A stretch of 64,000 bases of DNA from assembly GCA_001687465.1 (NCBI GenBank), contig LVLI01000069.1, forward strand, positions 1 through 64,000. Direction: 5' to 3'. The notes below the pieces were generated by a model. That model saw only the letters and a program-made list of their open reading frames with translations. It was not told where the DNA came from and made no database searches. Both the position numbers and the translations under genes were made by a program. Numbering within the stretch: the stretch's first letter is position 1; the number at the start of each line of letters is the position of its first letter. Shown here in pieces: positions 37,001-49,300 of the stretch. Source of the stretch: Halocafeteria seosinensis (Eukaryota).

Positions 37001-40000
37001 GAATGATTCTGTGGAACCAGTGGAGGGAAAAACTAGTTCCGGCGGCCCGCACTCAACAGAAGCAAAAATGGTGCAGCACCCGACCCCACAGACTTCGGAG
37101 GCTGTCCGAGTATCCACAAACGGAAGTGCAAATTTTACAGAGGCATCGCTCGCTACTAAAGGTGCGATCAACGGAGAATTAGAGATGGTGGTAAACGAGG
37201 ATGAAGGAGTTGAAAATGCCAACCAATTCCGAAGAGAAAGTCAAACGACCCGGAACGCTGCAGAACAGCAGTCGCGAAAAACTACTTCGTACATTTTCCC
37301 TCAAACCAACAGTGGACTAATGAACACCACGCAAGAGATGAAAGGAGATGGGAAAAGAAGGGCTGAAGACGGTAGAGAATTCGGACGAGAATGTCCAACA
37401 ACCCTGAGGACTCCAGAAGTAGTACCGGCAGAAAAAAGCTGGCGAGAAAACAGCAGTGCTCCGACCATCGGTAAGGAAGTGTCTACCACAAAGAGTTGCC
37501 AGGCTACTCAGCAAGTTCCCAAACAGCCTTCGCGAATACCCATAATGAATAGTAGGGCTCGGGAAGCGGAGATTCAGTCGGCTCGGCCTCTTCAAAAGAG
37601 CGATACCCCCACGAAGCCTTGTGTAGTTTCCCTATCGTTTAACTCCAGGGTCATTCAAGTAGAGATTAGCTCTAGGGATGCCGTCGTCGAGGAAACCCAT
37701 CTCCCACGTAGTCCAAACAAATTATCCCGCAACGAAATCTTTGACAACGTGGGATTCGATGATGATGATCGTTTCAGTGTACAGAGTGACTCTACGTTAC
37801 CAGGAGCCATAGCAACTGTCGCCAACGGAAAACAAACCAAAACCCATGATAGAACGCTCAGGAGCATTTCTGCTGGCCGTCCCCTAAAAATGAAATTTGT
37901 AAGAATGCAAGTGCGGCACGAGTTTCCTCCACTAGAGCTCGTTGCAGATCCAGGTAGCTGGCTGGGACAAGTGTACGACCAGTTGGGAGCTACAGCACCC
38001 GGGCGGATTCCATGCTATTATATAAAAGAAACGTTGCTGCAAACTGGTGTACAAATTGAAACATTAAACAATTCACTCAAGAAATCAGGCCGAGGAGCAA
38101 AATCAACGTACGTTGAGGCCACTTCACACGTCGTCGTCTCTGCCGCCCTTGGAGACCTAACAATGTTTCACCCCGTGCCCGAGAATCAGCAAGGTGTACA
38201 GACGTTAGCTGAAGAACTTGAGAGAGTGTGTAGCATGGCAGACGGTGCACAGAGGATTATGCAGGTACTAGGCAACGAGCCGCTATTGGACGGCTCTCTC
38301 CCGTGCAGCACGAGCACTTCCAAAAAACTGCGATTCTTGCTGAATAGCCGAGATGCTCAATTGTCTGACTTCGTCTACGACAGGAGATTTGTTCCTGCAG
38401 CTTGTCGCAGTGGTCCAATAAATTCAGTGGACGTAGACACTCTCGCTGTTCATCCACGTGCCTCTAAGGATTTCTACAGGCTGCACCCTGGAGATATCAT
38501 CAAAGAAATTAATGGGATGAGTGTGGCGCAATTGAAGCCGCATGAAGTGGAAGAGCTGCTTGTGAAACTTTGTGAGAACCACACAGACAGCATTCACGAG
38601 AGTGGCTACGTAACATGTACAGTCATTCGGCCAACAAGGTTGTTGGAAGAGAACGATTATCCAGTGTACAGTCACTCGAGGAAAACGTCCACAGGCAAGA
38701 GTTATACAGCTTCCACACAGAGTTCCAGTCTTCATGCCGAGAAAGGGTTTCCCCACCGCCGAGTACAACGTGAAAGAGACTCACAGAAGTCCGATAGCGC
38801 AACTGCAACCATGAAATCGCCTCCGTCCCACGGACTCAAGCGGAAGGCAGAGTTGGTCAGGTGGTCCAAGGGTGACGGGGGGAACGGTTCACAACGCAAG
38901 GGAAACCTCCATCTACAGAAGGGAGGGGAGTCTCTCAGCCACATCAGCCTGAAGCAGCTATCAGTGATTCCATCGCTCTCCATCCCAAGGCAAGTGGAGG
39001 TCGGAAGTGCCATTCCCCCACCAACGTCCTCGTCGCCAACAGAAAACCGCACTCGATCTGGAGGCCATAAGCAACAGCAACTGGATAATGGTATGCCCCT
39101 GAAAACCTATGCTGTAGTCAAAGAGGACTCGCAACCCAAGGAAAATTCGGGTGTCAAATCAGCGCACAGTAACACAGACACAAGAGGATCTGTCCACTCT
39201 GTTTCCGAGGAAGAGAGCCTCCAGAGCTCCAACACCAATACTGAAACATCTCCGAAGTCACATCCTAGCGTGGTGAGGGATACTCAGGGCTCTGAGCGCA
39301 CTGCACTGGTTTCCCCACTCGCTGCACCAACGCACAGGCAATCAGAGGTGCGCGTGGTAGTTTCATCTTCCACGGCCTCTGCCGATACTTCGCCCTTTGA
39401 ACGGGGTAGTCATCCTTCGGAGCTAATTCATCAGATCGACCCTGTCCATGAAGGACCCACTCCACAGAACGAGCCACCTCAACATGAAAAGAGCGACTTA
39501 GGAATAACCGGGCAGTTGTCAGACCATCCGGCAGACGACGTTCATCCCCACGATCTAGACAATTCAAACAAGCTTGAACCTCAAGTCGAGTCTCACCACT
39601 CCACCTCCTCAAACGAGAGCAGTAAAATAAATTCCTCTTCTGCGACAGATTCTCATATGGAGACCAGAGGCTGGAGCAGGTACGGTTCGTTGAGCCTCAC
39701 TGTGGGACCTCCCCCTTCGAGTTCCTCCGGCTCTTGGCCATTGCCCCCGTTCCAGCATCCGTATCAAAATTCCATAAAAGCGGGCAAAGCTTTTGTTGCT
39801 ACCGTAGGTCCATACAATTTCATCGGATCGGAGAAAATAGTTCGACATTACCCTACTGTCCATGAATGGGAAGATGAAGATAATTCTGTGGCAGACAGTG
39901 ATGTATCTAGTGAACTGAGGTTGCCAAAACCGAGACGGTTTCAGCATGGTAGCTATCACACTTTCACTCGAAGGAAAGCTGAAGAAGTTGATGACATAAC

Positions 40001-40274
40001 GGAAATGGTAATGGACATATGCGCCAAAGGCAAGTTGGAAAACGGGAGCACGAGAACCGTATCAGGGGTTCTGCTTCGACGAGTTGACCAGGAGGCTAGC
40101 GAAGACGTAGCGTTAAGGGAGGCGCCTGCCGGAGACGACCATTTCTCCTCTGACTCAGATGGTACCCCAATAGTTCCCCAAGAATCCGTGTCTGTCAAAA
40201 GTTCCTCTACTCATGGATCGAATTTCCAAACGGTAGACATGGGCGTACTCACAGAGGCTTCCTCTCAAGGATAG
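34059..40274 (+). CDS. Large scaffold-like protein with a PH domain, a PDZ-like domain and extensive S/T-rich disorder (5' exon structure uncertain)
   Basis: 1882-aa ORF plus upstream exons. PH-like SGYLYVK...KKWMKRFFVL and FKAANAREAAVWIAAL. PDZ-like RLHPGDIIKEINGMSVAQLKPHEVEELL. Confidence 0.75.
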
Positions 40275-40310
40275 CATACCCGATAGCATAAAGAACTAAC
40301 GACAACAGGT

Positions 40311-41418
40311 CTATTTTTGATTCTTTTCGTACTCCTTATAAGCCACATTCAACCTATGAAATACAGATTGAGCAATATACTTGATATCAGGATCAGCATC
40401 CGGGCTTATTTTGTCCGGATGGACAACGCGGCAGGCCTTAAAATACGATATTCGAAGTTTCTTGGGATCGAGCAATGAAGACATCGGCACCGGTTCCCAA
40501 CGAGCGCCATCCCACAGAACGCTATCCAAGGTAGAAACTAGGGCTTGAATGTTCTTTGGCTGCCCATGTTTGTCGTAAGCCCATTGCTTGATTTTATCGT
40601 TTAGTCTCTTTCTGGATTCATCCAAGTGCTCTTGCTCTTGGGTGGCAGCTTTTTCTGATTGTTCAAGGGCATCAACCCTCTCCTTTTGCTTCCTCCTCTC
40701 TTCATTTCTGCGCGCCATTACCTTGGCTTTTACATAGTCCGATTTATCTTGGAGATCAGGATCCACATGTTCCGGAACTTCAATGGGTTCCTCAGGAGCC
40801 TCGCTGGTAGGTGGCGGTGGAGCCCGGGTTTCTTGTGCAGTAGAGGCCTGGTTTTCCTTCTCCTGTGCCTTTACATCAGTACGAGGTGTCGCACCTTTAT
40901 CTGTCGTCGCAGAAGGGGTGGAGGATGCATTATAGCCTTTCCTCGTTGAGCTCCGGCTTCTGTTACTGGGCTTGGTCTGCTTCTTCGGGGTAAGGAGCTG
41001 CTTCTTCCGAGCGATGCTAGTTGTTTTATCTGCCATAAACAAGTACACCGTTCATTCTCTATGGTAAATACATACACATAAGCAACGCAGGCCTACCTAA
41101 ATTTAATACTTTGGCAAACACATTGCCGTTCACTAGAGGCACCCGTGCATTAGGGTTGGTAAAGTCCACGAACACTGTCTCCTTCTTGCTGGGGTTTTCT
41201 GGGAACGGCAAGACAGCTCGAAATCGAAGATGATATGACCCTGCTTTCCTTAATGGGAAGCTGGACAGGACATCCTTATACCGAGGTGCTACTGGCCCTG
41301 AACTGCCGTCTGGATTTGATTGAGCCTTGGTTTGAATCAGAAAGGCATTGGGATTACGTGGACTTTCACCCTGCTCATTTTGGATGTGATAAAAGCACCA
41401 TACGGTAGTTAAACTCAT
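40311..41418 (-). CDS. Auxilin-like J-domain protein with an N-terminal DIX-like domain (2 exons)
   Basis: C-terminal KIKQWA...KNIQALVSTLDSVLW...WEPV.MSSLL...YFKACRVVHPDK is an auxilin-type J domain with HPD. Exon 1 (VWCFYHI...PNAF...YKDVLSSFPL...YHLRFR...FVDFTNPNARVPLVNGNVFAKV) has a DIX-like pattern. Confidence 0.85.
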
Positions 41419-41674
41419 TTCCAAAGAACTTCTCTTGTTTTGGTTTCAACCGCTATACAAATACAAATATAATAACAGTAACAATACCTATGGTTTGTCG
41501 AACAATACAATACGACGTCAATTGTATGGCGGCAACTCACTACAAACTTGAGGAAGTTAAGTAGAAGTTCGCCCCAAAACGCCCTGCGGGCCCCTGCCTT
41601 AAACTTACGCAGTCAAGTCTGTTCGTGATAGAGTCTAGGGAAAGAAATGCCTCTTCTTGCACGATTCAAATGCA

Positions 41675-44600
41675 TCACATGGCTTCCAAAGCGGCCGAAT
41701 CATAACGCCGTCTAGTGCGCCTCTGGGGGTAGTAATCTGTTGGAGAAGTTGCAACACTTTCTTTTGTAGTGCATAGACAACTACAGCACATAGATTTGAC
41801 TTTTGCCCACCAGCTAACGTTGGCATGCTCTTCGATGCTTCTAAGGTGGTGTGCCCTGAAGGACGTGCTAGGATATTCATCAGGACTCCTCGCATGGTCA
41901 CTGTGAGCAAGGTCCGAAGCAGTACTATTAGTGTTTGCACTTTTCGTCGCAACATCACGCGTTTGTGGGACAACCACGTCGTCTCTGGAATCCGCTCCCT
42001 GAGCAGGTTCTTTTCTGTTTGATCTCGAAATCATATCCTTTATCCTTTGGGCAAATGTTTTCCTGGTTGAGTCTTGCGTACCGCTGCTTCTGCGAGAGGC
42101 TTCACTCCAGGCGAATGATTCCCGATGCATAAGGTCTGAACCGGATAACTCAAATAGCTCCTCATAGCGTTGCTGGAGTCCATCCGTGTCATACCCTTCC
42201 ACCAATGCACTAAGCTTTCTGAATTCCGGTGAAGAACGGAATCCTCTCACTTTCATAAAGAACTCGTCAGATAGCGAACGCTTGATCAAGTTTTGTAAGA
42301 AGGTAAGAGGGCTCGATGGGAGCATGGCCATTCGATGGGACGATACTTCATCAACAGCTTTCTCAATAGATCGAGAGTTGCTCGTGTAACTTCGAAACTC
42401 TTGTGGATCGATCCGTATCTTGGTCATGTAGCCAAATAGGCGGCTGGTATTGTTTAAGAGAGGCCCGGCAACCAGCCTGGAAACTGTAGATGCAAGTATC
42501 TCCGTATCCTCTGGTGCTTCTGCTACCATGTCATCAATGATCTCATAGAAGCCCGCAAAATGCGAGTTTGCTTCATCTAGTGTGGCACTTGGTAAGGGAA
42601 GTGGCAAACAGGCATCGTTTGCAATATAAGCATGATGACACATTGAATATTGGACGACAACCTGTATCGTAAGTTTTGTGATACGATCCATGTCGGCGTC
42701 TGATATCGACTCCGTACCGCTACATGTCTGGTTTGCGAACTGTCTTTGTATTTCGCTTCTTGTTAAATGTAAGACAAGGGCCTTCAAATTTATCCAGGCG
42801 CATTGCACCTCAACGACATCGACGATGAAACAGATAACGGGAACCAACCTGAGGCTTGTACCCTGTATGTAGTCAATAAGGCACGTCTTCACCCGCTGCA
42901 GAATTGATTGCGGAGTACATCTGAGTACTTTCATCAATGACTGCAACACTGCAGTATGCTGCTTAGAGAATGTGTTGCTAGTATCTTTCCTATGATACAT
43001 TGACGAGAAGGAGGATCGGGATTTTGCCGAAAGAATAGCTGCGCTGGGACGGACGGGCTCAGTGATTGCTGAGCAATTTAGTGCCTTTTGGCCGTTCAGC
43101 CGGTCGTCAACGTTATTGTCGGTATTTGAGGAGCGAGTTTGTGAGGTTTGGGATGAGACGTCGTCTGATTCGGTTGTAAGCTCGTCTACTTTTCGATTGC
43201 TCTTTTCTTCGAGGACATACTCCTCACTGCAGCAGTGCTTAGAATTTATCTGGCAATATTCCAACCGTGATTGTTCGCAGTGCCTAGATATGTTATCCAA
43301 CTTTTCGTAGAGCTCTTCAGGTAGTACTTCATGCGGGAGCAAAATGTGGGGTACATTCAGTAGAGCCCTGGCTACCCGCAGCAGTACTTGATAATAAGGC
43401 AACGCTACCGACAGAGCATGGATTTCTACCAGCCAATGTCCGAATAGCTGAACAAGTGGGGATGCAACGGGTAATAGAGGCAAAGACACATGCCTAACGC
43501 TTCGAGAGTTGACTGTTAGGGAAGTCAGTAGTTTTTCGGTGACGCGAAGAATTTTCAATCCAGAGCTTTGGACTTTTTCCTGTGGCATTAGCAAGCTACT
43601 CAGGGTCTTCTGCGTGGAATTAGATAGTTCTTCCCATTTTGGGAGTTGCTTGATAGCTGCCAATATACGAGTTTCTTGGTTCAAAATTGTAACGAAGCTG
43701 TTACTGCTTTCGTCGGCGAGATACTCCCTTTCTCGAAGCTCTACACGCTTCCTTAGTGTTTCGGAAGCGTGGAAGAGTTGCAGTGAGACCCTCTCTTTCG
43801 CATCTAGCATTACTTGCTTCTTTCCCATGAACATACTTAACCAACCCAGGGCATGCAATAACTGATCGAAAGAGATACTGCTTGGTGGTGGTGGGTCTTC
43901 AGTTCCACTCCGCGAAGTGTCACTGAGTACTGCTTGAAGAAAAGCTAAGTAGTTTTCTCTGTGAGATATACCCAACTTATCAAATCCCAAGCAATCTAGG
44001 AGTGTTGTGTACTCACAATAGGACATTCTTGACTGGTTCTCGGCAGCTCTGTAGCCAGTGATTTCACCTCGTGGCCAGTATTGTTCGGGATCGGTGACGT
44101 CACATGTTGACTGATCGACGTCTCCTTCGATTACTAGCGAGCTTTTACCCACAATATTACCAGGTGAAACCTCACGTTCGCGCTTTCTACGAAACCTTGC
44201 CTGCGATCGGCTACCTGGAGACTCCAGGCTCACAGTGTTAGTGACTAGAGAGAACAATGTCTCTAATGGCTCTTGGTATGCAAAATAGTGATGGATGAAC
44301 CCATCATTGAGAATTTCTTCTCCCCCAGGGACTCGCACAATCTGCACCGTGCCATCCTTGTCTTCCTGTTCGCAAAGGCGGATTCTACCGAGGCAAAAGG
44401 ATTCAACGGCTCGGTATAGTTTCTCGGAGAACGCCAAGACGAGTTGTTCTAAGGACTCAATGGTCACGCTAGGGTTCTTACTGTGGAATGATCTCATGAA
44501 AGCCTGGAGAAGTGGAAAGAATTCTTGTTCCATCACAACTGATGGGCAATTTAGCTGCAACAGTAGATGTAGAACTTCTTGTGCAGAAGCAACCTCGATT

Positions 44601-46020
44601 GCGTGGGTATCCAGGAGGTTGAAAAGAGTTTGCGCCAACCTACCACGTGATACCCGTGGAGAGCGTTGTGGGATCCCTGAAGTTGCCAGATGGAAGAAAA
44701 GTAACCACATTAAGTATTTGCGGCAGGGGAGAGCATCTAGCGAGTCATGTTTACCACTCTCTCGCCAACTCCCTCTATATTCCTTCAAGTTACTGTCGGC
44801 AGTTGTAAGAGAACCGTGGAACGTTCTGTTAAGGGAGTGAATCGAACTCTCCCACGTCATTGTGTTAATCTCCACATTTGCTAGAAGTCGCTTGTCGGCC
44901 CAGGTTGTGAAATCGTCTAACAAGGCTGCAGCAGAGTGTTGCAAATTGTATAGCTCCAGACACCGGGTGGAAGGAAGTGCCTCCAATGGAGGGTACAAAG
45001 CGAAGATCGAACACATAATGGAGATTTTCTCGGCAACATCAATATCCTCTTCATTGGTCAATAATGTACCCGTCGCGGGGGCGGCGTTGAACACATTGAA
45101 ATCGCAATCATGATAAGAAGATGGTACTAGCTCGATAAGGGGCATTTCTTCAGCGACGGTGGAGTATGAAGCGGCTTCCTTGCCTGAGTAGCTCGAAAGG
45201 AAAACTTCCCGTGTCTGCATGTAATCTTCTTGTATAGTCATAAAAGCGTTCAAAAGCGGAGGAATATCTCCCTTCCAGCCCGTTCGTGCAATGGAAAGTT
45301 TCGAATGCTCGAGACTCGTACCAAAGAGTCTGCAATACGCGCGTTTTACATCTCTATAAATTCATCGAGGAAGAAGAAAGACAATATGCCCACCTTGCAG
45401 ATGCCTTCTGTACGTCTCCGAATGAGCAGTTGCTATTTACTTGAAAGGTGTGTGATGTCGTGAAAAAGGGGGTATCAGGACAGCCACATTGTACTCTGAG
45501 ATGAATGTGCAAAGGATAACACACATAGATAACTTCCACTCTATTCCACATGCTTAAACGCAGCGGAGAATCCTTAAATTCAGCATCCGTCGTTGCTATA
45601 GTGAAGGATACTGTCTCAAAATCGCCCATCTCCTGAAAACCCGTTGCATGTTGGAGTGATACTGGCGCCGAAGGCTCCCGTTGAAGAACGCAAAACTTAC
45701 ATCTTTTCGAGGAATTCTATGCAAATCCCTGAGTGGAGTTAGGTAGTCAAAACCCATAGGCACATTATCAAGCTCTTGTGCGATTTTTTTTCTCAGCTCC
45801 GCCAGGGAGAATTGCGGTTTCGTCTTAACAGAGCCTGGAGGGAGGATGAAAGCCAATGCTCACTACGGGCTAGGAGTTAGAGTTAAGATAGTACGTTCTT
45901 ACCGCTGAGGACACCGTTGAGTGTATAGTCTTTGGCCATAGCATCAGTGAGAGTTGTGTTCTCCGGGGCTTGTGGCCCCAAGACCACGAGCACCGTCACG
46001 TCGCTGTTTTTCATTGACAT
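41675..46020 (-). CDS. Large hypothetical protein (multi-exon; exon boundaries approximate)
   Basis: 1192-aa ORF plus upstream segments (MSMKNSDVTVLVVLG..., FSLAELRKKIAQELDNVPMGFDYL) linked by GT-AG signals. No family recognised with confidence. Confidence 0.65.
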
Positions 46021-46368
46021 TCTTCCCTCGTTAACCTTGCCATTTCACCATGCTTACGAAGAACCACTGCTACTGCTAAGCATATGAACTTTGAACGGAT
46101 TTAATCTTGTGTCAACACCGTTGACTTCACTTTAACTTGTTGAAGTCGTACTTGAAGCTTGTTTGTGGAGCGGTTGGAAGAAAATTGAAACAGCACTGCC
46201 ACGGCACGAGGTTCTTTACAAGAGTAAACATATATTAAGCAAGGTATCGTTACGTCCTACAACCAGAAATGGTGTAACAAGCGTGGAAATGAAACCTTTA
46301 GTAGATTACATCCCAAGGGAACTGCAAGGGAACGAGTGAGCGCTCAGAACCTGAACCAACGGGCCACA

Positions 46369-49300
46369 ATGAGCGCAGAAAAGGGAGCAGGATACAAAGC
46401 CCCAGCGACCGACGCAGAAACGGAGAAAGAAACCATCAGTGACAACAGTGGTGCTGCTGGTCTCCAATCGGATGGTACCAGTGGCAGTCCTTTCGTCGTT
46501 CCTGCCATCAGGCGTAATTCTGATCCTCAAGGGACGGAGTTCTCGCCTTGTTTCACTCCAGGTTTCGTAGACAAATCGCACTCAGACAACCAGCTTTCCG
46601 ATACCAGACAAAACCATGTCGCCATCAATGAGGGAATATTGGAAGAACCAGTTTCCAGAGAGGAAACCGAGATAGCAGGGATCTCCAAGAGCCCTCCTGT
46701 TGAAGACAAAGAAAGCGGTACTACAACAGCTGGAGGCAGAAACCTTAGTCACGTTGAGGTGGTAGATGGTGAGCAATCAAACAACGGCTACGAAAGTGTT
46801 GCAGTGCATCCCCTTATTGACGTAGACGAAGACGTCGGAGCGTACACAGCATACAGTGGCTCCGTAGTGGACTCTGGAACGGAGAGTGAGGACGAAGATG
46901 AAGACGTCAAAACAGGTCCTGATATCCAGGACAGCTATCTCAAAGCTGCTAGTACGTCCAAAACGTGCGTATCCTTTTTTTCTGATCCCTATGTTTATCA
47001 TGAAGAACGGTACAGAGAGTTTTGCGGGATATATTGATGCTGCGGACCAAAAGCTCCTTGACGACCAAAATGAGAATGAGTTGGATCCCAACAAGCCTTG
47101 GGTTCCTCCCTCAACGGAAAAAGTAAGCAATACTGCTCTTCTTTACTTGGATAGGACGATATCATCTCTACTGCCACTTTCCAGGCGAAGGAGTACGCGT
47201 CCGCTCGGAAGTTCGAGTACGGAAACGCTCCTATTTGCGCCACTCGCAGCAGAGACATATCGAGAATAGGAGCCGGAGTTGGGCTCTACTATAAGCTTAG
47301 AGTATGTTTCTCGACGATGCTACGGTCTCACCTGGGTGTGTGTCATTCTCTAGTCCACTTTTCGGCCCCAGATGCATTTGTGCTGCGTTTTCTTCCTGAT
47401 GACAATGATATCGATACCTTCGTACATTGTTATGAATGCCGGTAAGAGGGCGACTCGACTCTTTATGTTCAAAAGCTTTGGTAGTTGTAAGGGTACTTAT
47501 CCAATTTTTCATAAGGACAGGTAACCGGCTTCCTGATGGTGAACAAGGAATTATGGGGCTGGGGTCAATCTCGTAAGTTGAGTTCTCTGGTGGTTGGCTT
47601 GTAAATCGAACGCAGTGGGCTCTGTGCAGATTGGGAAATATGGGTCATTCGACCCAGCACATGTCAGAATTCGATCAGGAGAAGTGTAGATCGGAGAAAA
47701 GGGAAGGTAAGCAGCAACTATTTTCGGTTCTTACCTGGATTTTCCAGTTTCCAACCCCTGATACAGGGTGTGAGACCGGTGGAACCATCTATGTTGGAGT
47801 GAGTTTTATCCTCGCTAGTATGCCTTTTCAAACGAACGCTAAGTACACGTTTCTTCCCAGGGCTTGGGCGAATCATACACGCTGCCAGAAATGTCGAACG
47901 TGGTCATGATTTTCGACCTTCTAGCTAGCGCATGTTTCATACTTTTCGTGGTGTGCCTTAAGTATGTTCTCATCTCCGGAGTCGAGTATACCCTGACGCT
48001 CCCCTACATTCTTTACTGTGAGCAGTAATCTGTTTGAGAAAGAGGTAGATGCAATCACCAGAGTAACGGTTTCGCCAGCCGACTACTCAGTCATGGTACG
48101 GAATCGTTCATTGGTAGTCTATGCCCTCTCCATCTTCAAGTGCCTTAGCTGAGCCATTCAGGTGCGGGGATTCCCTCCCTCTACTACGAGGGAAGAGTTG
48201 AAAGAACACTTCGCATCACGCTACGATTTATTCGTCGAGAACTACGGGAAGCCTATGCTGTGCGGGGAAGGTTCACGCAGACCGTAAGTTTACCCGAAAT
48301 CATGGAGGATGATAGCACATACACGGCTGTGCTGTATACAGACCGCTAAGACCCGAATCGGATGAAGTGTTGAGAGAGTTGAGAAATCGGAGAAGGGGGA
48401 CAGAATTAGGCGAGAATCCTAAGTACAGAAGAGAGACAGCAGAAGCTGTGAAAACAGATGCACACACAGATTTGAGGGGAGTGAAAGGGAGCTTTGTAGC
48501 GGATGTTCAAATGGCCTATCCAATTGGTGATTTGATACGAAAGTATCGTAAAATCGAGAGCTTATCCTACAAAGTGAGTGCTTGATGTGAGTTTCTGTTG
48601 AACCCTCTAGCTCATATCTGTCGAACCCTCTCTTCTTACATTCTTATGTCTTTTCTTTCCCTTCTCAGATGAAACTGGCAATATCGATGTATCAAAAAGT
48701 TCCTCAGCGATCAAAGGTCATTTATGCCAATAAAGCTGTTGATGCCCAAGAAAAACTACTACGAGTGCAAAGTGAAGCGACCGCAAAGCGCAGTAAAGGT
48801 ATGTAAGCTCCCGTCCTAAAGCATTGAGGGAAACTACACAGCATTTTCCGCAGACGCCATTATTGGCTTCGTAACGTTCAACAATGAGGAATCGTTCAGA
48901 CGATGTACTGAAGATTACCAAAGGAGCACCTATCCTCTATCCCACTTGTTCCAAGCTAAACATCTGAGATTCGGTGATAATCAGTATCCTCTCAAAGTGA
49001 CCCCGGCCGTCCAACCTGGAAATATCATTTGGGAAAATCTGGAGACAACTACGAGAAAACGAGCAATTCGTGGAATAGTATCGTTCCTTGTAGTTGTACT
49101 ATTACTTGCGGTGTCATTTGCCTTGAACTTTGGACTGAGTGTTGCGCAGCAAAACTTGCAGGACGCTCTTCCTGGTTCATTGGTTTGTGATCAAGCTATA
49201 CCCATCCAGTTTTATGGGAGCCTGGATACTTTACCGGACAATCCTCATCTGAGACGCTTCCCCAGTGTAGCTGAGTCCGAATGTGGCGATGGGTTCTTCT

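Noticed and set aside
10200..45113. Numerous 60-180-aa ORFs antisense to long genes (e.g. 13096..13629, 35729..36262, 44295..44840)
   Set aside because: They are shadow ORFs on the opposite strand of well-supported coding regions, without independent motifs.
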